A stretch of 63,433 bases of DNA, filler included, from Octopus bimaculoides (taxonomy: Eukaryota): assembly GCF_001194135.2 (NCBI RefSeq). It is 4 parts of 4 records of this genome, joined end to end, with 100 filler letters (N's around TTAATTAATTAA, not from the genome) between each part and the next. Parts side by side here need not be neighbours in the genome. Positions count along the whole stretch, not along the records: positions 1 to 27,873 come from NC_069010.1; 3 more parts are not named here. The stretch is one strand, 5' to 3'. Below, piece after piece: positions 1 to 12,680 of this stretch (its first letter is position 1; every line of letters begins with the position of its first letter). The notes below the pieces were generated by a model. It was not told the DNA's origin and did no database searches. It saw only the letters and a list, made by a program, of their open reading frames with translations. The translations under genes were made by a program, and so were the position numbers.

Positions 1-2646
1 GGTTCGAGTTGACTGTGTACACTTTTTAATGTTTATTAGAAAATTTATAATGGTCATTGCAAGTGGGCAAAATCTCTGAAATCATTGGCAATGTGATATA
101 TATTAGGACACTTTCAAGTTAACCAACACCCAGATTAGTACTGGAGGAGATATATTTTATCAACCCCCGTAGAATGAAAGGCGAAGTCGACTTCGGCGGA
201 ATTTGAAAGTAAAGCGTCGGAAGAAATGTTAGCTCGCCACGTAAAATAATATTAATAATGCAAGTACTGCAGCGTACAGGTAGATCTTTCTTTACTATTG
301 ACTCTTTCTCCCTCTTTAATATATTTATCATTTTCATGAATGTTAGCCGGTTTCGTAGCATGTTTAAGAAAAATAGTCGGTGGAATTTAATAGCCTTCTC
401 TATTTAGACATGAAACGCGAACAATATTTAGCTGAAAGTCTACTGCGATATTCATTCTTACTCCAGTGCATGAATANNNNNNNNNNTTAGCTGAAAGTCT
501 ACTGCGATATTCATTCTTACTCCAGTGCATGAATAACGTAAGTAAAGGGCGATCACTGCAAATTAGTACCAAAATGTAGTCATGGATCCGACTACACAGG
601 GTGCCAAGATCACAGATAGAACCTGCTTTTTATATCATATCCACGTACAAGCCATTCCTTATATATTTCTCATATATATTTTATTACTTTATATATTTTT
701 CTGTATATTATTTTTCACCCTNNNNNNNNNNNNNNNNNNNNNNNNNNNNNNNNNNNNNNNNNNNNNNNNNNNNNNNNNNNNNNNNNNNNNNNNNNNNNNN
801 NNNNNNNNNNNNNNNNNNNNNNNNNNNNNNNNNNNNNNNNNNNNNNNNNNNNNNNNNNNNNNNNNNNNNNNNNNNNNNNNNNNNNNNNNNNNNNNNNNNG
901 ATGTGTTTGACAGACAGGAGGGTGTATTTGTGTATATACATATATAACTGATGTGTATATGAACACAATGATGCGCATATACATGAGTATGTGCGTGTAT
1001 GCGCGTATTGTATGTATGTATGTTTACACACACACACATATATATATATATANNNNNNNNNNNNNNNNNNNNNNNNNNNNNNNNNNNNNNNNNNNNNNNN
1101 NNNNNNNNNNNNNNNNNNNNNNNNNNNNNNNNNNNNNNNNNNNNNNNNNNNNNNNNNNNNNNNNNNNNNNNNNNNNNNNNNNNNNNNNNNNNNNNNNNNN
1201 NNNNNNNNNNNNNNNNNNNNNNNNNNNNNNNNNNNNNNNNNNNNNNNNNNNNNNNNNNNNNNNNNNNNNNNNNNNNNNNNNNNNNNNNNNNNNNNNNNNN
1301 NNNNNNNNNNNNNNNNNNNNNNNNNNNNNNNNNNNNNNNNNNNNNNNNNNNNNNNNNNNNNNNNNNNNNNNNNNNNNNNNNNNNNNNNNNNNNNNNNNNN
1401 NNNNNNNNNNNNNNNNNNNNNNNNNNNNNNNNNNNNNNNNNNNNNNNNNNNNNNNNNNNNNNNNNNNNNNNNNNNNNNNNNNNNNNNNNNNNNNNNNNNN
1501 NNNNNNNNNNNNNNNTATATATATATATATATATATATATATACGTGTATGTGTGTGTGAGCGTACGTATATGTATATATGTACATGTGTGTATACGCAG
1601 ATTCTATGAACGCAGTTTTACTTTCCCCACGCCTATTGGAGTAATTTCCTTTTATTCAATGGTTTTTTTCATAGCGTTTTTGTTTGTCTTAATAACTGAT
1701 GAGATGCCAGAGCAGACTTCAACCCCGACATCCGAAACTCTGAGTTTTATTATGACAACCAACTAATTGTCANNNNNNNNNNNNNNNNNNNNNNNNNNNN
1801 NNNNNNNNNNNNNNNNNNNNNNNNNNNNNNNNNNNNNNNNNNNNNNNNNNNNNNNNNNNNNNNNNNNNNNNNNNNNNNNNNNNNNNNNNNNNNNNNNNNN
1901 NNNNNNNNNNNNNNNNNNNNNNNNNNNNNNNNNNNNNNNNNNNNNNNNNNNNNNNNNNNNNNNNNNNNNNNNNNNNNNNNNNNNNNNNNNNNNNNNNNNN
2001 NNNNNNNNNNNNNNNNNNNNNNNNNNNNNNNNNNNNNNNNNNNNNNNNNNNNNNNNNNNNNNNNNNNNNNNNNNNNNNNNNNNNNNNNNNNNNNNNNNNN
2101 NNNNNNNNNNNNNNNNNNNNNNNNNNNNNNNNNNNNNNNNNNNNNNNNNNNNNNNNNNNNNNNNNNNNNNNNNNNNNNNNNNNNNNNNNNNNNNNNNNNN
2201 NNNNNNNNNNNNNNNNNNNNNNNNNNNNNNNNNNNNNNNNNNNNNNNNNNNNNNNNNNNNNNNNNNNNNNNNNNNNNNNNNNNNNNNNNNNNNNNNNNNN
2301 NNNNNNNNNNNNNNNNNNNNNNNNNNNNNNNNNNNNNNNNNNNNNNNNNNNNNNNNNNNNNNNNNNNNNNNNNNNNNNNNNNNNNNNNNNNNNNNNNNNN
2401 NNNNNNNNNNNNNNNNNNNNNNNNNNNNNNNNNNNNNNNNNNNNNNNNNNNNNNNNNNNNNNNNNNNNNNNNNNNNNNNNNNNNNNNNNNNNNNNNNNNN
2501 NNNNNNNNNNNNNNNNNNNNNNNNNNNNNNNNNNNNNNNNNNNNNNNNNNNNGCTCCAGCATGGCCACAGTCAAATGACTGAAACAAGTAAAAGAGTAAT
2601 CAAATAATAAAAGGATGCATTTTAATACAAAATAAATTCTATAGAT

Positions 2647-2968
2647 CAGGGGTTTTCAAACTTTTTGATTTGCGGACCCCTTTATATTTCANNNNNNNNN
2701 NNNNNNNNNNNNNNNNNNNNNNNNNNNNNNNNNNNNNNNNNNNNNNNNNNNNNNNNNNNNNNNNNNNNNNNNNNNNNNNNNNNNNNNNNNNNNNNNNNNN
2801 NNNNNNNNNNNNNNNNNNNNNNNNNNNNNNNNNNNNNNNNNNNNNNNNNNNNNNNNNNNNNNNNNNNNNNNNNNNNNNNNNNNNNNNNNNNNNNNNNNNN
2901 NNNNNNNNNNNNNNNNNNNNNNNNNNNGGACCCCCTGTGGTCCGCAGACCACAGTTTGAAAACCACTG
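2647..2968. mobile_element. Non-autonomous hAT (Charlie-like) DNA transposon, interior mostly N
   Basis: TIRs CAGGGGTTTTCAAAC / GTTTGAAAACCACTG flanked by an exact 8-bp TSD CTATAGAT (2639-2646 and 2969-2976). Confidence 0.85.
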
Positions 2969-3525
2969 CTATAGATCACAAATATTTGTGTAGATACATT
3001 TTTTACTCCAGTCACTGAACTGCGGTCATGCTGGGGCACTATGTAGAAAGGATTCTCGTTTTTAGTCGATTGAATCGAACTCATTGCTTATTGTCTTTTA
3101 AGCTGGGTACTTATCCTATACGTCTCTTTAACCGAGCCGCTAAGTTACCCAAACGTAAACAAACCAACGAGGATTGTCAAGCGATAGTGCGAGACTAACA
3201 CAAGCATGCACAAATACACACGCACACATATATACATGGTGCGGACGGTATTTGAGGACAGCTTTATGGTTTTAAAATAATGCTTATATTATAACAGAAT
3301 AAAAATGTATCTTTATAAAAATAAAATAACATAAACATAAAGCTAAATTATCAATTTAATAATTTCATTCATATTTCTTATGAGATGACCCGAAATATAA
3401 TAAATATCATCTTTTGCTGATAAATTATCTGATTTGTGAGATATNNNNNNNNNNNNNNNNNNNNTCAAAGACTGTTTTATTTTAATGCTCATTTAAAAGA
3501 AACTATTTCGCTATTATCAATTTAG

Positions 3526-3669
3526 GATGTCCACAAGAACTGTATGGTAAAGATTGTATAAATAAATGCCATTGTTCTCGAGGGGAATCATGTGACCAAA
3601 TTTCTGGAATCTGTAAAAATGGCTGCGAAGACGGATGGCGTGGAGAGAAGTGTGACAATCAAACATATG
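3526..3669 (+). CDS. Exon encoding a laminin/MEGF10-type EGF-like repeat of an EGF + F-type lectin protein
   Basis: tttag|GA...TAT G|gtgagt, 144 nt, phase 1-1. Translates GCPQELYGKDCINKCHCSRGESCDQISGICKNGCEDGWRGEKCDNQTY, with 8 Cys in EGF-laminin spacing. Splices in frame to 6612. Confidence 0.85.
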
Positions 3670-6611
3670 GTGAGTACATATTTGTTCAGGNNNNNNNNNN
3701 NNNNNNNNNNATATGGTGAGTACATATTTGTTCAGGGTATGGGGATACTTAGATACTTAGATAGCTCTCGACCAGAATTTACCCAGGCCATAACTAACCT
3801 TACAGTAGCACCTGTGAAAACATTTAATCATGCTTCATGTTACAGTCACGCAAGTAAAGATTTTTTTTTCTTCCTTTATGCGTCTTGGCATGATTTTAAA
3901 GAGAGTAGGGCCAGTTGAGGCAAAATGGTTCTGTCTCAGTATTGATGCTGTGTAATCTGTTCTAAAATGAGTAATATAGATGTAGGTGTTATAGGTAACA
4001 GCAACAAATAAAATAAGTATTTGTAATGTGGAGTGGTGTATGGATATCCGTGGACATTACGAAATTGAGAAATTTGTGGCTAAAATATAGTATAAATTTG
4101 TATATATTCGTTGATTGGAATATTGCGTATTTACGAAAATTTGTCGATAGGATATTGTGTACTTACGATACAAAATAGTCAACAATTCAAGAATAGAAGG
4201 AATCAAAATAAGAGAGATAAATGAGGCTACGTTGTATAGATGTTGACAGTTCATCCCTTTAGTATTCAGATTTCAAACCAGGTATGAATATTTACTGCGG
4301 ACCACATGACATGAATACTTATGTATTTAATATGATATAAAAACTTCGGAGCAATAAGCAGATAATATTATCTTATTGGCGCTATAGTAAGTCCTGGTTT
4401 AGTAAAGATGTAAGCTCAGCGCTTTACGCGGTGAGAATACAGTAAAATTGGCGAGTGTTTTATAAACCTCCAGTGTTTAGTTTTCTCATTTATGTTACTT
4501 GGAAAATCTGTGAATGCAAGTGGAATCGGGCTTTATTAGTCATGGTATAAATAGCTGAGACAGAGGAGTGGTATTTATTTACGTCCTTTTTTTTTTATTC
4601 CAAGTTCATTTCCACCCTTCNNNNNNNNNNTATTTATTTACGTCCTTTTTTTTTTATTCCAAGTTCATTTCCACCCTTCGACTGAACTAACCTTGAATTT
4701 TCACCCTTCCAGTCAGTGTCGATAAAATACATATCAGTAATATATACTAAGATCTATGCAATAAATCCATTATTACTTATGAATTGGAGATGTGTTGTTC
4801 TCGTTCTACTTACAGAGTATATTACATTTCATATTCCAATATGTCAGCCTTTCTGGTTTTCAGATTCCTATGACTGTATCATTGATGGAGTATATTGTTG
4901 CATCGTAATGTTAATGTTTTTCGCAGTCGTCTAATTGGGGGTGAATTAATGTAGGATTAAAACAAAGATATTAATAGTCTATCAAAAGCATTCGTTAACG
5001 AGGAAATTGTACCTATATAATTTTATATTTATTAAAATTTTCCAGATAATATTTTACATCAAAATTTTTAAAATATTTACAATGTAATGTAAAGAAAAAA
5101 AGAGAAGTCGATCGTTTATGTAGTTCCTAAATGTTTTAAACGATCATGTGGGTTTATCCCAAGTTGCGGTGCATTAATAAGTTCCAATTTAGAACAAAAT
5201 AAATTTGAATTTATAAGCTTCTACTTGCATATAATACAAAAACCAAATAAGAATGAATCATATAGAAATATATACTCGCATAAAAAAAAAAAATATATAA
5301 AAAAATCCCTCCCCTTGAGAGAAATTTCTCCGCCCCGCCCCTTTTATTTCTTAGAAAACCCTATTTCTCTCTGCCTCTTAAGCTACAAATAATCATAGAT
5401 GGCAGATCGTGACGGCGGTAACCAGTCAAATTTCACACGAGTTTAAAATAAATTAGCGCTAAAAATTCAGGCTTATGTAGAATTGAAGAAATTTTATATA
5501 ATTATAACTTTCTCGATATTCTTGACAGATTTCTATGCATATTTCCTTTATAAATGTGAAGTTTCCTGTTATAACTGCCATATCTAATTTGGTAATTTTG
5601 GGCGATACAAATTTAATATACCTTAAGTTATACACTGCATTAATCAAACACGTGATAATGCTATAAAATAGCGTGATCAGGATAAATTATCCANNNNNNN
5701 NNNNNNNNNNNNNNNNNNNNNNNNNNNNNNNNNNNNNNNNNNNNNNNNNNNNNNNNNNNNNNNNNNNNNNNNNNNNNNNNNNNNNNNNNNNNNNNNNNNN
5801 NNNNNNNNNNNNNNNNNNNNNNNNNNNNNNNNNNNNNNNNNNNNNNNNNNNNNNNNNNNNNNNNNNNNNNNNNNNNNNNNNNNNNNNNNNNNNNNNNNNN
5901 NNNNNNNNNNNNNNNNNNNNNNNNNNNNNNNNNNNNNNNNNNNNNNNNNNNNNNNNNNNNNNNNNNNNNNNNNNNNNNNNNNNNNNNNNNNNNNNNNNNN
6001 NNNNNNNNNNNNNNNNNNNNNNNNNNNNNNNNNNNNNNNNNNNNNNNNNNNNNNNNNNNNNNNNNNNNNNNNNNNNNNNNNNNNNNNNNNNNNNNNNNNN
6101 NNNNNNNNNNNNNNNNNNNNNNNNNNNNNNNNNNNNNNNNNNNNNNNNNNNNNNNNNNNNNNNNNNNNNNNNNNNNNNNNNNNNNNNNNNNNNNNNNNNN
6201 NNNNNNNNNNNNNNNNNNNNNNNNNNNNNNNNNNNNNNNNNNNNNNNNNNNNNNNNNNNNNNNNNNNNNNNNNNNNNNNNNNNNNNNNNNNNNNNNNNNN
6301 NNNNNNNNNNNNNNNNNNNNNNNNNNNNNNNNNNNNNNNNNNNNNNNNNNNNNNNNNNNNNNNNNNNNNNNNNNNNNNNNNNNNNNNNNNNNNNNNNNNN
6401 NNNNNNNNNNNNNNNNNNNNNNNNNNNNNNNNNNNNNNNNNNNNNNNNNNNNNNNNNNNNNNNNNNNNNNNNNNNNNNNNNNNNNNNNNNNNNNNNNNNN
6501 NNNNNNNNNNNNNNNNNNNNNNNNGTAAAACATTAATGAAAAATGTGGCCCCCGTTTTAAAAAAGATCCAAACTTTATACTGAATATTAATTCAGGCTTC
6601 ATTCTTTTCAG

Positions 6612-6869
6612 TTAATATTGCTCAAGGTAAACAAACGTATCAAACAAGCACTTTGGAATGGGATAAAGTAATAGCTTTACCCAATGGAAAATGTGTGAAA
6701 AATAAGATGTGGATGTCATCCGGCAAGGCAGTTGACGGTAATTTTGATCATGTTTTCGAACATATGTCATGTACACATACAACATCGGAACAAGATCCAT
6801 ATTGGGAAGTGACGTTGGATAAACCATACATGATATCTCAACTGAGAATATACAATCGAATGACACACT
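6612..6869 (+). CDS. Exon encoding the N-terminal part of an F-type lectin (fucolectin/FTP, F5/8 type C fold) domain
   Basis: ttttcag|TT...CAC T|gtaagt, 258 nt, phase 1-1. Translates VNIAQGKQTYQTST...SSGKAVDGNFDHVFEHMSCTHTTSEQDPYWEVTLDKPYMISQLRIYNRMTH, with the NIAxGK, AVDGN, CTHT, PxWxVxL and IYNR hallmarks. Confidence 0.9.
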
Positions 6870-6999
6870 GTAAGTATTGCTAAAAATACTACTCTCGTTA
6901 TTGTTGTTACTCACTTTCAATAAGTCCTGATTAAGCAAACCTCTGGTCAAAGGAATTCCAATCGTGACCATCCTATCATTTTTAAGACAGCTATGTGTG

Positions 7000-7921
7000 A
7001 TTGGATGGACATGTTGGCGCTGCTGTTTTTAACAATTTCAGTGGCCAGTTAGAGGATTTGTCAGCTCGTATGTGTTCATTCCTGTTGAAATAGCGTATAT
7101 ACAGAGAATTAAAAGAACATTATAATTGTTTCGTGGAATTTGAACTGTTTTCTCTCCACCACTGATTCTATGACAATGGAAATAACTTTTGTTTGCTCTC
7201 TATTTCCACTCCACAATGGTAGAAACTTGTATTGATTGTATTGACAATATTAATGGCTATGAATTAAGAAGATCGGATCCATCCAACAAACAATCTTTTA
7301 TATCTGTAATATCCCTAATGGCTCGTTCATCACTTTGAGCCAGGGACCAAGAGACATTCCTTTCAGTGGAAACATTCCCCTCCCCTGAAAGCCTAGGTCG
7401 TTACATCTGCAAGGAAGGTAAGAGCTTTGGGGATATGCAAAAGACATTGTACTTATTGACTATTTTCAAAAGAGACTCACTATCAATGGAGAGTACAGTG
7501 CCAACATGCTGAGGCAGTTACGAAATGCTATCAATAATAGACGCGCAGGAAATCTGACAAAAGTGGAGTTGTTTCATCAGGCCAATGGGCATGCACACAA
7601 GTCCTAGGTTTCAACGGCTGTTGTGCATGACTATGGCTTTGAACAATTTGAACACCCTCACTATTCTCCTGATTTGGCCCAATCTAATCCTCATCTGTTC
7701 CTCAACATGAAAAAACATGTATGGGTAGCAGTATCGCAGTGATTATGACGTCATATCCGCTGGTATTACTAGTTACTTTTGAAGTCTTCTTTAAACAGTC
7801 AAGTGTCAGCTTACCTGGAATTAAACAATGCAGTAATTAATAAGATGTGTTGAAATTAATGTATGCAAGATTTCATAACTCCAACATAGTCAGCTTATGA
7901 ACTTTTCAGCCCACCCTCATA
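7000..7921 (+). mobile_element. Degenerate mariner (DD34D) transposon in an intron of the lectin gene
   Basis: Frameshifted remnants of the IVLIDY, LFHQxN and EHPxYSPDLAxS...LFxNMKKH transposase segments at about 7300-7780, ending in a mariner-like TIR (AACTTTTCAGCCCACCCTCATA). The 5' boundary is approximate. Confidence 0.75.
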
Positions 7922-8471
7922 AAACGATATTCGTTATATTTTATCTTCCAGATTTTAGAGAAATTGCTATAGTTTCTAATTAAACCGAACAGTGTATAAC
8001 TAATATGATTTTTACAAAGCAATACATTTCAACGTTGAATATAGCGAGGCATAAAATGAAGCGAACAAATACCTAAGCAAAGCATTACCCCATTACAAAT
8101 ATGCATATATACACACAATCACGAATATACATATATATACACACGAATATACATATACCTGCCCCATCACGAATATACANNNNNNNNNNNNNNNNNNNNN
8201 NNNNNNNNNNNNNNNNNNNNNNNNNNNNNNNNNNNNTATATTTTTACACACATCTATACATACCTTCATACAGTAGTACTAAAAATGCCCTAGATTATTG
8301 ATTTTGTTCAATTCATTGTGTTATTGATTGTATTATTTAATTAGAAAAATTATGAAAAAGGGAAACCCTTCCCTTGGTGATCTTTTGAAATTATTTTTCT
8401 TTNNNNNNNNNNAATTATTCTCAATATAGCTAACATCTGATTTCAGTTTTACTCTTATATTTTGATTCTAG

Positions 8472-8654
8472 ATTTCAGGTTGAGCGGATTTAAAGTTTAT
8501 CTTGGATCATCACTTTGTTTTGAGAGTACAAAAGATGAATACAAGAAACAAGTAATCTATATCAAATGTCAAAAACCAGTATATACAAGTAATGTCAAAA
8601 TATCGTTAGAAGGAAAAAAGAAAGCGCTTACTCTTTGTGAAGTGGAAGTAATAC
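8472..8654 (+). CDS. Exon encoding the C-terminal part of the F-type lectin domain
   Basis: ttctag|AT...ATA C|gtaagt, 183 nt, phase 1-1. Translates YFRLSGFKVYLGSSLCFESTKDEYKKQVIYIKCQKPVYTSNVKISLEGKKKALTLCEVEVI; RLxxFxV and LTLCEVEV are FTP hallmarks. Confidence 0.9.
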
Positions 8655-10171
8655 GTAAGTTATGTATATCTGTTATTTCACTTTAAAAAATACTGATTTA
8701 TCAGAATGGTATCCATCAATGAGTTAATAGCGCTATTGAGGATGCAGAAGAGAATATCCATCTCCACTTTACTGAAACGATTTCAGTTCAGTATTACAAG
8801 TTAAGCAAACATTTGCCAATTATACTGACATACTGCTTACCTACAGTCGCGAACTTTATATCTAATGAACAAAGTCATTAAACTGGCCATAAAACATCCT
8901 GCTGGTATTGATTAGAGTGTTGATAAACCTAATTACGATAGACATAACAAACATTTCTCCGGTTTAAGGACACAGTGTGAGACGACTGCTGTTATCGTTA
9001 GGCCTAAATCATCGAAAGGTANNNNNNNNNNNNNNNNNNNNNNNNNNNNNNNNNNNNNNNNNNNNNNNNNNNNNNNNNNNNNNNNNNNNNNNNNNNNNNN
9101 NNNNNNNNNNNNNNNNNNNNNNNNNNNNNNNNNNNNNNNNNNNNNNNNNNNNNNNNNNNNNNNNNNNNNNNNNNNNNNNNNNNNNNNNNNNNNNNNNNNN
9201 NNNNNNNNNNNNNNNNNNNNNNNNNNNNNNNNNNNNNNNNNNNNNNNNNNNNNNNNNNNNNNNNNNNNNNNNNNNNNNNNNNNNNNNNNNNNNNNNNNNN
9301 NNNNNNNNNNNNNNNNNNNNNNNNNNNNNNNNNNNNNNNNNNNNNNNNNNNNNNNNNNNNNNNNNNNNNNNNNNNNNNNNNNNNNNNNNNNNNNNNNNNN
9401 NNNNNNNNNNNNNNNNNNNNNNNNNNNNNNNNNNNNNNNNNNNNNNNNNNNNNNNNNNNNNNNNNNNNNNNNNNNNNNNNNNNNNNNNNNNNNNNNNNNN
9501 NNNNNNNNNNNNNNNNNNNNNNNNNNNNNNNNNNNNNNNNNNNNNNNNNNNNNNNNNNNNNNNNNNNNNNNNNNNNNNNNNNNNNNNNNNNNNNNNNNNN
9601 NNNNNNNNNNNNNNNNNNNNNNNNNNNNNNNNNNNNNNNNNNNNNNNNNNNNNNNNNNNNNNNNNNNNNNNNNNNNNNNNNNNNNNNNNNNNNNNNNNNN
9701 NNNNNNNNNNNNNNNNNNNNNNNNNNNNNNNNNNNNNNNNNNNNNNNNNNNNNNNNNNNNNNNNNNNNNNNNNNNNNNNNNNNNNNNNNNNNNNNNNNNN
9801 NNNNNNNNNNNNNNNNNNNNNNNNNNNNNNCAAAACGTAAAGACGGACAATATGCCATTACGCATTTTGTCCGGCGTTATAATGATGAACTGAATGCAGA
9901 TGTTGTAGATTCATAGTCATCAGTTTATATAATTATACATGTAATATTTGATGTGCCATTGACATGAAGAGACACTCCAATTATTAAATTTAAACCGTAA
10001 TCATTCTATGAAATATTATTGCAACTGAATATTAGATACTAACGTTAGTGAAATACATNNNNNNNNNNNNNNNNNNNNNNNNNNNNNNNNNNNNNNNNNN
10101 NNNNNNNNNNNNNNNNNNNNNNNNNNNNNNNNNNNNNNNNNNNNNNNNNNNNNNNNNNTTTATAAACTTAC

Positions 10172-10297
10172 CCGATTTGAATTAAAGAATGCTACGATAT
10201 TCAGATAAGAGTTTTCGCTTACAAACCTCAGGAAATTCACAGTTTTACTTTCTACTGGTGTTTCCGTAACAAGGAATTCCTTTTCACATGAAGGACC
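10172..10297 (-). CDS. RPTP second (D2) phosphatase-domain exon
   Basis: tatatag|GGT...CGG|gtaagt, 126 nt, phase 0-0. Translates GPSCEKEFLVTETPVESKTVNFLRFVSENSYLNIVAFFNSNR, a diverged FIxTQxP...TVxDFWRxV...IVxL segment. Confidence 0.7.
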
Positions 10298-10687
10298 CTA
10301 TATATATACATAAAACGCAAACAAGAAGAACAATATAAAAATCAGAATCCAGGCAAAGAAAATTGAACACAATTATGGTCTCACGTAGTATTATGTTTCT
10401 TTTTAATTGCAACAAAGTGGATTCAGTAAGAGAGAAAGAGACATCTTCCTAGAATCTGAGTAGTAACACAAACAAACCGTCATCGACAGGCCAAGTAACA
10501 ATAGCATAGGAGACATTTGGAAAGACCATAACTGATATGGCCACAACTTTAAAAAAAAAAACCCTACAGAATCAACCTGAACAAGCCAAAATTCCATCTT
10601 TGAAATTGTTCTACTCTCAGTATATAATGTTAAATAAAGAAATTTTATACATATGTTATGATAGTAATAATCAAAAATAGTTTGAAT

Positions 10688-10734
<47 letters not shown>

Positions 10735-10748
10735 CGTGNNNNNNNNNN

Positions 10749-10783
<35 letters not shown>

Positions 10784-12414
10784 CGTGTGTTTGTGTTTGG
10801 AAATTAATGAAACATATCGAAACAAAAGAAGATTGAGATATTAAAGATTATTGGAAAATTTAAAGACGATGTCTTTAGATGTGAATAAGATAGGTTAATG
10901 AGAGAGATATTTGAGATGATTCTGGTAAACTCAGTAATTCNNNNNNNNNNAGGTTAATGAGAGAGATATTTGAGATGATTCTGGTAAACTCAGTAATTCT
11001 ATAAGCGATAGGAATGAAGGAAACTCTAAATTTTGTTACTTATATTTATTTATTGTAGCCATGAACTATTTTCTTCAAGTAAACCAATATCTAAGGTAAA
11101 AATATTATTTTTTAAACGGTATGTTAAATCCGTTTNNNNNNNNNNNNNNNNNNNNNNNNNNNNNNNNNNNNNNNNNNNNNNNNNNNNNNNNNNNNNNNNN
11201 NNNNNNNNNNNNNNNNNNNNNNNNNNNNNNNNNNNNNNNNNNNNNNNNNNNNNNNNNNNNNNNNNNNNNNNNNNNNNNNNNNNNNNNNNNNNNNNNNNNN
11301 NNNNNNNNNNNNNNNNNNNNNNNNNNNNNNNNNNNNNNNNNNNNNNNNNNNNNNNNNNNNNNNNNNNNNNNNNNNNNNNNNNNNNNNNNNNNNNNNNNNN
11401 NNNNNNNNNNNNNNNNNNNNNNNNNNNNNNNNNNNNNNNNNNNNNNNNNNNNNNNNNNNNNNNNNNNNNNNNNNNNNNNNNNNNNNNNNNNNNNNNNNGA
11501 AAAATAAGCATGCTGAGCGTTACTTTACGTGTAATATGTTAAAATTCATTCAGTTATAAAATATATTCACTATGTATCAGGCTTTACTGAAAATGTCTTA
11601 GTTATGAGATTATTTGAAATCAAGTATAACTACAACATAATTCATCAATAACATAGAAAATATTTCTTTCATCTTGCTTGTATCAAGCCCAACGTAACAC
11701 TGAACATATTTGACTTAACAAAAAGATGAATGCTGAATTTGAGCTCTGCAAATAGGAAGTGTAGGAATTATTTTAGTTTAATTGTATAAAATTGCTTCGT
11801 TTTTAAGAAGTTGCTATTTAGAAATTAGAGCCGTAATTGGTGGTTTGTGTATCAATTACATTGGTTTTACTTAAGCACTGTTTTTTTTTTGTTACTTTAC
11901 AATTTGGGAGCAATATCACTGAATACCTAATATTATGAAATAGAAAAGAATTGTAATGTTGGTTGTGCCATAACTCATTAGGTTGTGTATATAAATGACG
12001 ACAAGCGTTTATTGTCTCTGTTATCAGGTAAAGGAATATACATATTAAACATAACCGTGATTTTATGTCAACCTCCCCAGCACGGCCCTACCCACAGAAT
12101 TTCATGTCTTCAATTGTCAACTAACTTTCAATCACAAATCTTTAAACAACTAGTGTTTATGGTCGAAAATAAATTCTCAGAATGGGACACAGTAATACCA
12201 AATTTGAAACCAAGTAGTTTAAGAGGATCTGGAGTATTCTTCGAGGATTTTCGTTCTTGATACATTCAAATTCCGCCGAGGTCGACTTTGCCTGTCATCC
12301 TTTCGGGGTTGATANNNNNNNNNNATAAATTAAGTACCAGTTGCGAACTGGGGTGAATCTAATCGACTGGCCCTTTCCCCCAAAATCTGGAGGTCTTGTG
12401 CCTGGAGTAGAAAA

Positions 12415-12680
12415 GATTTTATGTCCTGATGGAAATGTTTTGCCTGCCTGTCACTTGTGTCACCAAAATTGTAAAGGAATTTAGGAAGGTGACCGTGGAA
12501 ATTGCGCAGCTTCGTACTCATATTTGCTCCCAACTTTTGAAAGTTTATTGTCGACTATTTCCACATAGTTGGCTGCCCAGAAAGTCATTTACAACTATTA
12601 AAAATAAATTCTATACTGTTGCGTTAAAGCAATTCATTGATCTTAGAAAGTTCCATCTTCCATCAGTTTTCTAGATTTAT
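12415..12680 (-). mobile_element. Decayed DDE transposase C-terminal fragment, probably Chapaev3/CMC type
   Basis: Reads ...VVNDFLG...NYVEIVD...LGANMSTKLRNFHGHLPKFLYNFGDTSDRQAKHFHQDIK, resembling the MSxKxHFLHSHLDxFPENLGAVSDExGERFHQDI segment. The superfamily label is from memory of that motif. Confidence 0.6.

Noticed and set aside
408-537. Possible exon ttag|ACATGAAACGC...AAC|gtaagt (MKREQYLAESLLRYSFLLQCMNN)
   Set aside because: Good splice sites, but it ends in phase 0 while the EGF exon starts in phase 1, it has no recognisable motif or convincing signal peptide, and it spans an overlap artefact.
5459-5647. - strand ORF with faint resemblance to a PTP C-terminus
   Set aside because: No QY or DVF motif and no clear acceptor; AT-rich chance ORF.
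8933-9021. - strand VVSHCVLKPEKCLLC as a D2 signature loop
   Set aside because: Lacks the conserved Gly residues and hits a stop within three codons; probably chance.
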